From Macrostomum lignano (lineage: Eukaryota): a DNA stretch of 64,000 nt. This document shows positions 13,801 to 27,500 of this stretch, in pieces. Below the pieces are notes generated by a model, which saw only the letters and a list, made by a program, of their open reading frames with translations, was not told where the DNA came from and did no database searches. The translations under genes were made by a program, and so were the position numbers. Each line of letters starts with the position of its first letter. Within the stretch, counting starts at the first letter, position 1. The stretch spans positions 1,111 to 65,110 of the forward strand of contig NIVC01004004.1 of the NCBI GenBank assembly GCA_002269645.1. Reading direction: 5' to 3'.

Positions 13801-14399
13801 TGTGAAACTTGAAGACTGTAAAACTCAGGAGATTTTGAAACACTCCCACTATTTCGATTCAGTTTATAAATCAATTTTGATAATAAGACCGCCAAATCCA
13901 GTCCAGACAAAAGCATTAAAATAAGCATTTTGCTGCAGTTTCAGCCAATTTTTTACTAATTAATTAAAGAGAAAATGTGAGAACAAGGGACTCGGCTCTG
14001 AAGCCGGCATCCTTGGGGGGTGTTAGCACATTTTTGAGTATTATTCAATTCCATGATAATCTTGACGCCTTTGCAGATCATCCTGTGTCATTATCGAGCT
14101 GACACCATTTTTACTCAAAAAAGACCATTTGAGATCCCATTAGAGTCTAGACTAGCCATTGGAGAGATGTTCAATTATGAAATAGATTGGCATCTCCTAA
14201 TATTTTTGTTGCAAGAGAACCAAACAAAGTAGTTTTCCTGACCGCACCAGATAGCGATCAGGTTTTAATGCTAAACTAATTAACTTAGGGCGGTATGCCA
14301 CTTTGCTAACTTAGCCATAAGCAGAATTGTGGCATTTTTAATGTGATGGTTTAAGTATTTTTGAAATGTTGTTAGAGCTTTTGTAGAATTTTAGAGATG

Positions 14400-15178
14400 A
14401 AGATGTGTAAAGATGTAGATAAGTCTGTAAAGATGTAGAGATATCTGTATAGATTTTGTGAAAATGTAGAGATACTGTAGAGATATAGAGATGTTGTAGA
14501 TATGTAGAGATGCTGTAGAGATGTAGAGATGTAGAGATGTTGTAGAAATGTAGAGATGCTGTAGAGATGTAGAGATGTTGTAGAGATGTAGATGTTGTAG
14601 AGATGTAGATGTTGTAGAGATGTAGAGATGTTTTAGAGATGTAGAGATGTTGTAGATATGTAGAGATGCTGTAGAGATGTAGAGATGTTGTAGAGATGTA
14701 GAGATGTTGTAGAAATGTAGAGATGCTGTAGAGATGTAGAGATGTTGTAGAGATGTAGATGTTGTAGAGATGTAGATGTTGTAGAGATTTAGAGATGTTG
14801 TAGAGATGTAGAGATGTTGTAGAGATGTAGAGATGTTGTAGAGATGTAGATGTTGTAGAGATGTAGAGATGTTGTAGAGATGTAGAGATGTTGTAGAGAT
14901 GTAGAGATGTTGTAGAGATGTAGAGATGTTGTAGAGATGTAGATGTTGTAGAGATGTAGTAGATGTTGTAGAGATGTAGAGATGTTGTAGAGATGTAGAG
15001 ATGTTGTAGAGATGTAGAGATGCTGTAGAGATGTAGAGATGTTGTAGAGATGTAGAGATGTTGTAGAGATGTAGAGATGTTGTAGAGATGTAGATGTTGT
15101 AGAGATGTAGTAGATGTTGTAGAGATGTAGAGATGTAGAGATGTTGTAGAGATGTAGAGATGTTGTAGAGATGTAGAG
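14400..15178. repeat. Minisatellite built from GTAGAGAT / GTTGTAGAGAT units
   Basis: Direct reading. Confidence 0.93.
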
Positions 15179-15814
15179 AAGAGAAACTCCTATCTCGCTA
15201 GTACTTTTCTATAGAGAATTTGGCCCTGAAATAAATTTTCATAACTGCACAGTAACGCATTCTCGCTTGAACCGGATATTGTAGGATTTGGGAAACATCT
15301 TGCACAAAAATATTTTTTTTTACTTTTTTTAGATTCCCCATCGCTTCCATTCCTTTGAGCTTTGAGCATCCAAGGCTTCCCCCTGTGCCTTCTGGTCCTG
15401 TTTATTCCACTCCTCGCGTTCCAATTGGGTCCGAGGCATTTTTTCGGACACGTGGGTGGCCTTCTGGCCTTCGCTGAGTCGGGTTGGGGGAGATGGGAGG
15501 GTGGGGAGAGGGGAGGGCAGGTGTGGGGTGGGGGGAAGTTTGGAGGCCTTCATATATTGGCTAAAAGGGGGTCCCAGAGAGTTCCAAGCTGAATTCCGAA
15601 GCCGCCTATAATTCTATATATGCCCGCTTGCCTTCCTCTCCCAGTTTGTTCGATAAGAAACCGGGGGAAGTTGAATTGAGACAGAGAGAATAAAGATAAG
15701 GAGAAATTCTCCCAGCCTGCTGAGTCAGCCAGGGCTGTAAAGTGCGGGCCCGAGAGAACTGGCAAACAAGCCACTTCAAGTCCCAAGAAGAAGTGAGGAA
15801 GAAGACGCTCAGCA

Positions 15815-17392
15815 ATGCACCGCAAGCTTTCGTCTGCCGCCAAGCTGAAGTTGAAGTCGCCGCCGCCTCTGTGCATCATCAGCAGCAGCACCAGCAGCTG
15901 CGTTGGCCGCTCGTTCGGTCGCCGACTCGAGGATCAGCCGACATCGGCATCAGCGGATTTCGCTGGCTCCGGCAGCGACCCCGCGCTGCCAGCCGTGCTG
16001 ACTGTCTGCTGCGACTACCTTCGCTGCCACCTGGCCGCCGAAGGCCTGTTCCGCGTTGAAGGCTCCAAAGTTCGTCAGCGCGATTTGAAGGCCCGCCTGG
16101 AGCGCGGCCTGCCAATCAGGGACGGCACGCCAGTCCAGGACGTCAGCTCGCTGCTCAAGGCCTGGCTGCGCGAGCTGCCCGAACCGCTGCTGCCGCCCCG
16201 GCTGGCCTCCGCTCTGGCCGAGGCGTCGCCGCTGGAGCGCCGCGTCCGCCTGCTGCGCCTGCTGGGCCGGCTGATGCCGCCGAGGCAGCTGGCCGCCCTG
16301 CGTCACCTCTGCCAGCTGCTGCAGGCCGTGGCCGCCGCCTCCGGCGCCAACCGGATGACGGCGGCGAACCTGGCCACCTGCGTCGGCCCCAGCCTGCACG
16401 GCGGCGGCGACAGCGGCGGCAGCCCGGACGTGGCCCGCCTGAACGCCGCCGTGGCCTTGTTAATCGAATTCGCTCAGGACATCGGCGTCGTCTCCTCGGC
16501 TGCTGTTGAAGATGACGAGGCCGTGGTGGCGGCGTTGCAGACTCCACCGAGCACGCCGCAGCAGCCGCAGAAGCTTCTGAGGCGTCGCAGCAGCGGCAGC
16601 GGCTCGCTGAGCAGCGCCTTCCGCGCCGTCGGCCGGGCAGTCAGCCGGCTGGCCAGCCGCTCCCGTTCGCGGAGCCCCCGCCGAGCCGCCGCGGCAGCCG
16701 CGGTGGCGGCTGGAAACAGCGGCAGCCCGGTCTCCGTGGTCTCCTCGTCCGCGTCCGCCGCCTCTTCGTCGGCTGCATCGTCTGAGAAGCCGCCCTCGCC
16801 GCTGGCCGGCTTCCGCTTTGACCCGTCGGCCTGCCACACGCCCGTCATCGTCCGCGGCCGGCGGCAGAACAGCGACGCGTCGTTGAAGCGCGGCGGCGTC
16901 ATTCTGGTCGGCAAGGACGGCGACGCCAACAACAGCGGCGTTGACGCCGGCCTGTGCTTCGGTCGGCGTCGCCGCCGGCTTCTGCTGGAGAAAATCAGCG
17001 CCGGTCGGAAGGCCTCGGTGGATCTTTGCAGCCTCGGCTCGCCGCTGCCTCCCGCGCCGCACCTGCTGCCGGCGCCGGCTCCGACATTTCCGCTGCAGAC
17101 TCCGCCGCCACCGCCGCCGGCGCAGCAGCAGCAGCCTCGGAGTCAGAGTCAGCAGCAGCATCAGCAGCCGCCTCCATCGCTGCAGCCCGTCAGAACGCCA
17201 CTGCGCCGGTTGCAGCGGTCTCCGCGCGACAGTCTGCACGTTCTGCGCCAGGCGCGGCGTATTGGCGCCAGCGCTGGGCAGCCGCGCCGGCCGGACCGAC
17301 TGCGCGGAGTTCGCCGGCTCTGGTCGCCGCTGAGGATGTCGCAGAATGCCCGACTGTGCCTGCTGAGGGCTGAGGGTCTGCGGCCCGCCTGA
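15815..17392 (+). CDS. Rho GTPase-activating protein (N-terminal RhoGAP domain, low-complexity tail; layout resembles ARHGAP11A), apparently single exon
   Basis: Motifs EGLFRVEGS (arginine finger), DVSSLLKAWLRELPEPLL and NRMTAANLATCVGPSL. Confidence 0.9.
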   Translation: MHRKLSSAAKLKLKSPPPLCIISSSTSSCVGRSFGRRLEDQPTSASADFAGSGSDPALPAVLTVCCDYLRCHLAAEGLFRVEGSKVRQRDLKARLERGLPIRDGTPVQDVSSLLKAWLRELPEPLLPPRLASALAEASPLERRVRLLRLLGRLMPPRQLAALRHLCQLLQAVAAASGANRMTAANLATCVGPSLHGGGDSGGSPDVARLNAAVALLIEFAQDIGVVSSAAVEDDEAVVAALQTPPSTPQQPQKLLRRRSSGSGSLSSAFRAVGRAVSRLASRSRSRSPRRAAAAAAVAAGNSGSPVSVVSSSASAASSSAASSEKPPSPLAGFRFDPSACHTPVIVRGRRQNSDASLKRGGVILVGKDGDANNSGVDAGLCFGRRRRRLLLEKISAGRKASVDLCSLGSPLPPAPHLLPAPAPTFPLQTPPPPPPAQQQQPRSQSQQQHQQPPPSLQPVRTPLRRLQRSPRDSLHVLRQARRIGASAGQPRRPDRLRGVRRLWSPLRMSQNARLCLLRAEGLRPA

Positions 17393-17959
17393 TGCTGCAT
17401 TGGCTGGGGTGATTCACTCTGTACAGATGCTGCTGTGTACATAAGGAACTCGCGCACAATTAGTTTTAAGTTCTTAGCTTTTCATTTGCATAACTGGATG
17501 TCGATTATTTGTTATTTTGCTTGAATTACTCGAGTCTGCTGTCTATCATTTTCCATATGAATAGTGCATTACGATTCAAATATATATATATTGTAGCAAT
17601 TTATTTTTCTACTATAAGTAGTTTTCTAAAATAACGCATTTTTGTTTCTTTTTTTGTTTAATTCTCAAAAAATCAGTTGATCTGGTTGGGTAATTATCGT
17701 ATTAGAATTGGATTATTATCAATGGCGCGACCTTTGTTTGCTCATATTTTGGTGCTTTTTAGAAATGCCACAGGCGCCCGCTGTGTGGGACACCTGGCTG
17801 TGCTCTGTTGATGAAGCAGCGGGGTGCCTTGTTTTAGTTGAAGCAGAAATGCAACAATAAATTCGACTGAAATGTCAGCCATAATCTTGAATAAGCTCGA
17901 TATTCATCCATGGAAAGTAGTTGCTAGGAAAGACGATAACTCAAATAGGTGACTTTTCT

Positions 17960-18410
17960 TCCCCTCCCCATATCTCCCCTACCTACTTCTCTCCATGTCT
18001 CCCCTACCTACTTCTCTCCTCTCCCTGTCTCCCCTACCTACTTCTCTCCCTGTCTCCCCTACCTACTTCTCTCCCTGTCTCCCCTACCTACTTCTCTCCC
18101 TGTCTCCCCTGCCTACTTCTCTCCCTGTCTCCCCACCTACTTCTCTTCCTGTCTCCCCTACCTACTTCTCTCCGTCTCCCCACCTACTTCTCTTCCTGTC
18201 TCCCCTACTTCTCTCCGTCTCCCCACCTACTTCTCTCCGTTTCCCCTACCTACTTCTCTTCCTGTCTCCCCTACCTACTTCTCTCCCTGTCCCCCTACCT
18301 ACTTCTTCCTATCCCCTATCTACTTCAACCCTCTCCCTGTCTCCTCTCTGTCTCCTCTACGTACTCATCTCCTCTCCCTACTTCTCTCCTGTCTCTCCCT
18401 TACTCTAACC
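17960..18410. repeat. CT-rich minisatellite (CTCCCCTACCTACTTCT-type units)
   Basis: Direct reading. Confidence 0.9.
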
Positions 18411-18924
18411 CTACCCTCTTGCGATTGTTCCCAGTTTTTTTCCCAGTTGTGTCAAACAAAGTTCGCCCTTCACAATTCCTCTCTTTGTTTTCCTGTTCAT
18501 CGCGTGCGGGCTGTGGCTGTCTGTTGCAACTCTGCCAGCAGGGGGGCTTTAGCGAATTGCTCCCAGCAACCGGCGTGTGGGGGTTGAGTCTCCCGCTCGC
18601 TGCTCCCTCATCTTATCCTCTATTGATCTCAGCGTTGCATCTGCCGCTCGGAATCTCCCGAGCTTATTGTTGAAGTTTTCGTTGAAGTTTTTCTCTTAAA
18701 CGTAAATTTGAATCTCTCGATCAGCCCTAATTCTGTCAGGCAGTCAGTCTCAGGGGCCTTGTAGCCTCATCCACTTTCACGGCTTTGTTTAGAGTTCTCG
18801 CTTCGCATTCCATTGCCATGACGCTTTCGCATAGCCTAAAGATTTCTTTTCATATAAACTATGATAGTTCTTGCGTAGTTCTTGAGCTACGCAAGACAAG
18901 AAACGTCACACATGCACGAGAAAA

Positions 18925-19300
18925 TTCACAAACTGGAGCCTTCACAAACTGGAGCCTTAACAAACTGAAGCCTTCACAAACTGGAGCTTTCACAAACTAC
19001 TAGAGCCTTCACAAACTGAAACCTTCACAAACTGGAGCCTTCACAAACTGGAGCCTTCACAAACTGAAGCCTTCACAAACTGGAGCTTTCACAAACTACT
19101 AGAGCCTTCACAAACTGGAGCCTTCACAAACTGAAGCCTTCACAAACTGGAGCCTTCACAAACTGGAGCCTTCACAAACTGGAGCCTTCACAAACTGAAG
19201 CCTTCACAAACTGGAGCCTTCACAAACTAGCGCCTTTAAAAACCATAGGATCTTCACAAACTCTAAGAGCCTTCACAAACTGGAGACTTCACAAACTAAT
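18925..19300. repeat. 16-bp minisatellite GGAGCCTTCACAAACT
   Basis: Direct reading. Confidence 0.92.
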
Positions 19301-20904
19301 AGGTTGTCACAAAACTCTAAAGTTTGTGAGGCAAGCCATAGAATTCCAAGCGACCCCACTGTTGTTTTTTATTCAGTTCTTGAATTTTCCGAAACAAACA
19401 AAATATTTTCTTTGAGTGGTTTTATCAACCGAGTGGCTGGAGATCTTGTTATTAATTGAATGAACGAGAGAGAAAAACTGCTACAGTCTGAAGTGGTCGT
19501 CTTTACGCTTTGTGTGCTTTTTTTCCGCGAAATTTCAACCCGAATATCAAATTGCTAACGCAGGATTCCGGGGGGGGGGGGGTGGCGCCTCGGGCGAGTT
19601 TTCCCGAGGATCGGGGAAGCGAGATGGCGGGATAACAGGTCAATTGATTTGGCTAGGCAGGCAGTGCATGCGTAGGACACACAAAAACAGTGCTTTTTAT
19701 TATTCAAAGCGCCTCCAACTGATGGAGAAGAGGTAGATGGTGCATGGAAGCTGCAAGACTGTGAGGAGGTCACTTAAAACGCGCCTTCGGGGGGCGGGCA
19801 GATGAGAGGCTGGCTGGAGGCGTTCTCAAAGTGTGCGTGCAGCTGGCATTGGAGGAGAATTTCTGTTATTGCGCATGTTGTGCAAGCTCAGTGATTAGCT
19901 ATGATGATGCTGTTTGCGTGCGATGGGAGAGATGGAGAGGCTTGAGTAGGAGAGCCGGCACAGTTATTCCTTCCTTCCATCACTTGAGCTGTTTCGAGAT
20001 TGAGTTCGCTGAGCCTCTGCTTGCCTGGGTGGCTTGTAAATTGCGCCACTGTTTCTCTGCCAGCTGTGTCTCCTGCGCTGAGGTGTCGGGTGTTTAATTA
20101 GCGCAAGTCATTCCATTTTGGCAGGTGTTGGCCCTCTTAGTCTAAGAAATATTGCTTGCAAATGCCTGCTGCTAATGAACTGACAGCCTGAGAGAAGTCA
20201 TATGTCTAGATAGGGTTACAATAGTTTATTTCTCAGAATTTGTGTCAGCATCAGCAGCAGACAGCAAATTGGATGACTGATGTCATTGTAGTTCAAATTT
20301 CTGGGCTCTGGTCATTTTCTGTCAGCTGGGATTCCAGCGCCATCAGATTTTGGGTCGAATTTCTTTACTACGACTTTCCCGCGCTCTGTAATCCGAAACT
20401 CAATTCGTTTTGCAGGTGGGTGTCTAAAATAGCTTGCCTTGCTGCTCCAAGAAGTCTTCTGCTTCTAAAAGTCACCGCCCACCCTTTGGACGCTTGTGGG
20501 GGGGAGCAGAAGTCGAAACATTCCGCTGCGTTGCATTTTCCTTTCTCCGGTTTCGGCTGTCCGTCCTGACCAAGGAGATCTTGAAGCAGAGTCCTGGGAG
20601 TGGCTGTTAAATAAGGATGTGTAGAACAGAGATGGTGTCAAGATTTCTAGCCTAAGATATCAGATTCCGCAGGCTTGCTCTGTTCCTTTCTGAAGCCAAA
20701 TTGATAACTCAGATGCCAGCTATAGCATTCAATTGTAAAGTTCAAAATCAAATAAATTACTAACATCCATACTACTCTTTACACTGCTGAACCTCCGACT
20801 CACAAAGGTCCTCAGAATCCTCAGAATCACAAGAATGATGAATTACAGAAAATATCCAAGCTGAAATTAAATGACATCCTGCTTTAGAATTTGGCATCCG
20901 GGTT

Positions 20905-21518
20905 CCAAATAACAGCTGGTGTGTCCTGACAAACGCCGTGACACAAAAAACCCAAACAGCTGATGTGTCCTGACACACGCCATGACACAAAAACCCAAAC
21001 AGCTGATGTGTCCTGACACACGCCATGACACAAAAACCCAAACAGCTGATGTGTCCTGACACACGCCATGACACAAAAACCCAAACAGCTGATGTGTCCT
21101 GACACACGCCATGACACAAAAACCCAAACAGCTGATGTGTCCTGACACACGCCATGACACAAAAACCCAAACAGCTGATGTGTCCTGACACACGCCATGA
21201 CACAAAAACCCAAACAGCTGATGTGTCCTGACACACGCCATGACACAAAAACCCAAACAGCTGATGTGTCCTGACACACGCCATGACACAAAAACCCAAA
21301 CAGCTGATGTGTCCTGACACACGCCATGACACAAAAACCCAAACAGCTGATGTGTCCTGACACACGCCATGACACAAAAACCCAAACAGCTGATGTGTCC
21401 TGACACACGCCATGACACAAAAACCCAAACAGCTGGTGTGTCCTGACACACGCCATGACACAAAAACCCAAACAGCTGATGTGTCCTGACACACGCCATG
21501 ACACAAAAACCCAAACAG
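20905..21518. repeat. 43-bp tandem repeat, ~14 copies
   Basis: Unit CCATGACACAAAAACCCAAACAGCTGATGTGTCCTGACACACG, starting at 20980 and 21023; no spacers. Confidence 0.96.
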
Positions 21519-21934
21519 CTTTCTTGCACCGAATGAAATTTGACATCTTCATTTTTCTTCTATTGCGTCACTGCTCAAAATTAGAGCACCAGAGAGTTCA
21601 GAGTCGAATTCCAACTGACCGCTCAAATCCGGGGCGGTGTGTAATTATTTTTATGGCAGGGAATGAAAGTGTTTGAGGCAGCTCACGAGAAGCCTGCTGA
21701 GCAATTCACGCAAGTCACGCAAATTCGCGTCAGCTAGGGAGATGCCATTCTCAACTCAGCGTGCAGCTCGCGTGACTCGCTCGCCTGCGAAGCCGTGCGC
21801 CTCACGCTGAGCTCTGCTTGAAAAATGCCGTCCCTTCCTATTTGTGTGTTAAAACAAAATTATTTCCTTTTTACTTGCTTGCTTGCTGTCTCACAAATTA
21901 TAGAAAGCGGCATGCAAAGTGAAAATAAAGTCTC

Positions 21935-23160
21935 AACCCTCTCCTCCTTATCTCCCTCTCCTCACCATCTCCCTCTCACCCTCTCTTTACTATCCCCCTC
22001 TCACCCCTCTCCTCACTATCTCCCTCTCAACCCTCTCCTCACTATCTCCCTCTCAACCCTCTCCTCACTATCCCCCTCTCACCCTCTCTTTACTATCCCC
22101 CTCTCACCCCTCTCCTCACTATCCCCCTCTCACCCCTCTCCTCACTATCTCCCTCTCACCCCTCTCCTCACTATCCCCCTCTCAACCCTCTCCTCACTAT
22201 CTCTCTCTCACCCCTCTCCTCACTATCTCCCTCTCAACCCTCTCCTCACTATCCCCCTCTCACCCCTCTCCTCACTATCTCCCTCTCACCCCTCTCCTCA
22301 CTATCCCCCTCTCAACCCTCTCCTCACTATCTCTCTCTCACCCCTCTCCTCACTATCTCCCTCTCAACCCTCTCCTCACTATCCCCCTCTCACCCCTCTC
22401 CTCACTATCTCCCTCTCACCCTCTCTTTACTATATCCCTCTCACCCTCTTTTTACTATCTCCCTCTCACCCCTCTTCTCACTATCTCCCTCTCACCCCTA
22501 TGCTCACTATCTCCCTCTCAGCCCTATGCTCACTATCTCCCTCTCAGCCCTATGCTCACTATCTCTCTCTCACCCCTATGCTCACTATCTCCCTTTACTA
22601 TATCCCTCTCACCCTCTTTTTACTATCTCCCTCTCACCCCTCTTCTCACTATCTCCCTCTCACCCCTATGCTCACTATCTCCCTCTCATCCCTATGCTCA
22701 CTATCTCCCTCTCAGCCCTATGCTCACTATCTCTCTCTCACCCCTATGCTCACTATCTCCCTCTCACCCCTATGCTCACTATCTCCCTCTCACCCCTATG
22801 CTCACTATCTCCCTCTCACCCCTATGCTCACTATCTCCCTCTCACCCCTCTCCTCACTATCTCCCTCTCACCCCTATGCTCACTATCTCCCTCTCACCCC
22901 TATGCTCACTATCTCCCTCTCACCCCTCTCCTCACTATCTCCCTCTCACCCCTATGCTCACTATCTCTCTCTCACCCCTATGCTCACTATCTTCCTCTCA
23001 CCCTTCTCCTCACTATCTCCCTCTCACCCCTCTCCTCACTATCTCCCTCTCACCCCTATGCTCACTATCTCCCTCTCACCCTTCTCCTCACTATCTCCCT
23101 CTCACCCCTCTCCTCACTATCTCCCTCTCACCCCTTTCCTCACTATCTCCCTCTCCCCTA
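21935..23160. repeat. CT-rich ~25-bp minisatellite (CTCACTATCTCCCTCTCACCCCT..)
   Basis: Direct reading. Confidence 0.93.
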
Positions 23161-23744
23161 TTCCTGCTCTTCATATTTTTATTACAACATATCCAATTTT
23201 CCAATTCTCAAAGTTACCACAGTTCTGTTAACCCGCATTTTATCTCCTTGCATTTCTTCTCATTTGCAAAGCCACCCTGCTCTCTCCTGGCTACAGCCTC
23301 CTCCCCCAGTTCCACAGCTGCAGTTTGGGTGACTACCATCGCAATTCATCAACTCCGCGTCACTATTTTATGATTTCTCTGCTATTATCTCACATGGCAG
23401 TTCAACTTGCTCTTGTGGGCGGAGTCTATCTTGATGCCCAATGGATACCTGTGTTTTGCCCTGTCTGACCTTCATTGTTATTTGCGATAACAATGATAAT
23501 AGTGGGTTATCAAGGGTAGCTGAAGCATTTTAATAACAGAGGTCACTCGCTCGACAGTTCTGGCTTTCAGGGCCATGCTGGAACACATGCTGAAGTATAT
23601 CTGTAGCTGGGAATGGAAGGGAGTCACTTATATACCTATTCAGATCATTCTATTCAGTCTATACGAGACAGCTCAAGTCAGATCCCGATCCCAACTCAGA
23701 TTTTCCCACGGCCTCATCGCATCCCGAATTCCTACCCCGAATCC

Positions 23745-24512
23745 CATTCCAGATAGATCCCCACACCAGATCCCATCCCAATTAGATCCCCATCCTAAAT
23801 CCCATCCCAATTAGATCCCCATCCTAAATCCCATCCCAGATCCCCATCCCAGACAGATCATCAACCCAGATCTCCATCCTAGACAGATCCCCATCCCAGA
23901 TCCCCATCCCAATTAGATCCCCATCCCAGATCCCATCCCAGATCTCCATCCTAGACAGATCCCCATCCCAGATCCCCATCCCAATTAGATCCCCATCCCA
24001 GATCCCATCCCAGATCTCCATCCCAGACAGATCCTTATCCCAGATCCCCATCCCAATTAGATCCCCATCCTAAATCCCATCCCAGATCCCCATCCCAGAC
24101 AGATCTCCATCCCAGACAGATCCCCATCCCAGACAGATCCCCATCCCAGACAGATCCCCATCCCAGACAGATCCCCATCCCAGACAGATCCCCATCCCAG
24201 ACAGATCATCAACCCAGACAGATCATCAACCCAGATCTCCATCCTAGACAGATCCCCATCCCAGATCCATATCCCAGATCCCCATCCCAGATCCCCATCC
24301 CAGATCCCCATCCCAGATCCCCATCCCAGATCCCCATCCCAGATCTCCATCCCAGACAGATCCTTATCCCAGATCCCCATCCCAATTAGATCCCCATCCC
24401 AGATCCCATCCCAGATCTCTATCCCAGACGGATCCCCATCCCAGATAGATCCTCATTCCAGACAGATCCCCCATCCCAGATCCCCATCCCAGATAGATCC
24501 CCATCCCAGATC
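23745..24512. repeat. ~13-bp minisatellite AGATCCCCATCCC directly upstream of the lipin ATG
   Basis: Direct reading. Confidence 0.92.
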
Positions 24513-24575
24513 CCTATTGCATGTCCCAATCGCCACAAACTCCCATCCGCTCCCGCAGCCGCGGCCCCACCGGCC

Positions 24576-27500
24576 ATGACGGACTACCTGTACCGGTTCC
24601 TGTCGGGCGTGACCGGTTATTACCGGTCCATGAACGCCGCCTACCTCTCCGGCGCTATCGACGTGCTGGTTGTTGAGCAGCCGGACGGCAGCTTCCGCGG
24701 CAGCCCGTTTCACGTGCGCTTCGGCAAGTCGGCGAGTTTCCTGCCCCGCCAGCTGCACGTGGACGTCTACGTGAACGACCGGCCCACCGAGCTGCGGATG
24801 AAGCTCGGGCCGAACGGCGAGGCCTTCTTTGTCCGCGAGCTGCCGCCAGCAGCGCCGGAGACCCCGCCGCCCCCGGCCGCACTGGTCACCTCGCCGATTC
24901 AGAGCGACGACGAAGAGGAATACGAGGAGGAAGAGACCCGAAGGCCAGCAGCCGCTGCGGGAGGCGCCGCCGATCCGTCCACGTCCGCGAAGCTCCAATC
25001 GCCGATGCGGATGCTGCGAGCCGCCTCGCTGCCAACTCTGTTGCGGCCAGCTGAGGATTCGGCCGGCTCAGCCGAGTCCCACCGTCTGATGATGGAAGGG
25101 GCGGCTGCCGCTGCGGCGGGAGCGGCGGTGGCAGCGACAGCGGCGGCTTCTTCGGAGTCTCCGCAGGCCGGGGCGATCGCGGACGCGGCAGCTACGGCAG
25201 CAGCGGCGGTGGCGGCGACAACCGACAGCCTGTCGACGCCCCTGACGGAGCAGCGGCTGATTCAGTGCCTGTCCGACACTGACGTCTCTGGCTCGGCGGC
25301 TGCCGCGGCAGCGGCGGCGGCGGCAGCGGAGGCCCAGCAGGCGGAGGAGCAGGTCGAGTGGCCGTGGGGTCAGTTCCCCCGCCTGATGGAGTCGGAGGCT
25401 GCGGCTGAGGAGATTCACGCCAAGTCCAACAGCGACGGGGGCAGCGCGGCCGAGGAGGACAGCGACGCTGCTGCTGCTGCGGCTGCCGCTCTCGCCGCGG
25501 CTGTCGCTGCGCCACCGCCTCCGCCGATCACCTCGGAGGCAGCAACTCCGCCGCAGCAGCCGGCGCCCGCTCAGGCGAGCAAGGCCTCCCAGGAAGGCGG
25601 AGTGTACCTGTCCGACCTGGACCCGCAGCTCAGCAGCCTGTACTTGTACGCCCCCGCGCCGAGGGCCGCTTCGCCCGCCTCCGAGGACGTCGGCTACAGG
25701 TCCTCGGACGACAACGCGCACAACAGCTCGCGGCCGCCGAATCCGCATCGTCAGCAGCTGGAGGGCCTCTCCCTGTCCCTGTGCGGCCCGCTGAAGCCGG
25801 AGGAGCAGCAGCAGCAGGCCTTTGAACTTGAGCAGTGGGCGCGGCACCTCGTCACCTACGAGGAGTTCATCCGGGATCCGGACGGCGTGCTGAACAGTCC
25901 GCAGCTGGTGGTTCAGCTGGCCGGCCAGTACAGCAACTGGCGGGTGGCGGCGCCGCAGATTCTGTCTCTGGTGGCCTTCGGCACGCCGCTGCCAGACCGG
26001 GCCGTCGATCAGCTGCGCAAGAAGCACCAGCAGCCGGCCAAGTCGTCCGCCGCCTCGGCAGCGGCTGGCGGCGCCAACGCCAATTCCAGCAGCTCGGGGG
26101 GCGGCGGCAGCGGCGGTGGCTCCTCCACTGGTCGGCGACGTCGGGCCTGGAACTTCCTTTGGAAGTCGTCTTCGTCGACCGCCGCGTCAACGTCTGGCGC
26201 CGCCACAGCGGGCTCGACAACGACGTCGACAGCGTCGGCGGTCTCCGAGAAGTCGGCGGTCTCCGAGAAGTCGGCGGTCTCCGAGAAGTCGGCGGTCTCC
26301 GAGAAGTCGGCGGCAGAGGCGGAGCCGGCAGCATCGGAGCCGGTAGCACCGAAGGAGGCTCCAAAGCCTCAGCCTCAGCCACAGCCGCAACCGCAGCCGC
26401 AGCACTATCACCAGTACTCCGACAGCAACGTGTACGTGAAGTCGGTCCGCCTGACCTCCGAGGAGATCGCTAGGCTGGAGCTTCGACCTGGCGTCAATCG
26501 AGTTGAGTTCAGCGTCACCACCGCATTCCAGGGCACCACCAGGTGCTGCGCTTGCATCTACCGGGTGCACCACACCGACAGGCTGGTTGTGTCGGACGTC
26601 GACGGCACGATCACCAGGAGCGACGTGCTCGGCCACCTCCTGCCGATGCTGGGCCGCAGCTGGTCTCACGAGGGTGTCACCCGCCTGTTCCGCTCCATCC
26701 GGGACAACGGCTACCACCTGCTCTACCTGAGCTCGCGCGGCATCGGCATGTCGGCCGTCACCCGCCAGTTTATCGACTGGGTCAACCAGGAGGACGTGGC
26801 CCTGCCCGACGGCCCCATCATGCTGAACCCGACCTCCTTGGTCACCGCGTTCCGCAAGGAGGTTATCGAAAAGTGAGATTTTGGCCTGTTTTGCTGGCAG
26901 ATAATTGCCCCTACAAGAAACGCCCCCTCTAAGAATCGCCCCCTCTAAGAATCGCCACCTCAAATAATCGCCCTCCAACAATCGCACTGTCGATAATTTC
27001 CCTCCAAGAGTCGCCCATTCAAGAATCGCCCTTCAAGAATCCCCATCAAAAAATCTCTCCCTATACGAATCGCCCCTCCAAGAATCGCCCCCTAAAAAAA
27101 TCGCCCCTCAAGAAATCGCCCCTCCAAGAATCTAAGAATCGCTTCTCCAAGAATCGCCCTACAAAAATCGCCTCTCCAAGAATCGCCCTACAAGAATCGC
27201 CCTAAAAGAATCGCCTCTCCAAGAATCGCCCCCTCAAAAAATCGCCCCTCAAGGAATCGCCCCTCCAAGAATCTAAGAATCGCCCTACAAGAATCGCCCT
27301 ACAAAAATCGCCTCTCCAAGAATCGCTTCTCCAAGAATCGCCCTACAAGAATCGCCCTACAAAAATCGCCTCTCCAAGAATCGCTTCTCCAAGAATCGCC
27401 CTACAAGAATCGCTTCTCCAAGAATCGCCTCTCCAAGAATCGGCCCCCTCCAATAATCGCCCTCCAATAATCGCCCTACAAGAATCGCTCCTCCAAGAGT

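Noticed and set aside
20772-23373. Long ORFs over the 43-bp and 25-bp arrays, and a possible CRISPR-like array
   Set aside because: Head-to-tail repeats without unique spacers; the ORFs are repeat artefacts. The same applies to 41700-41968 and 43674-44706.
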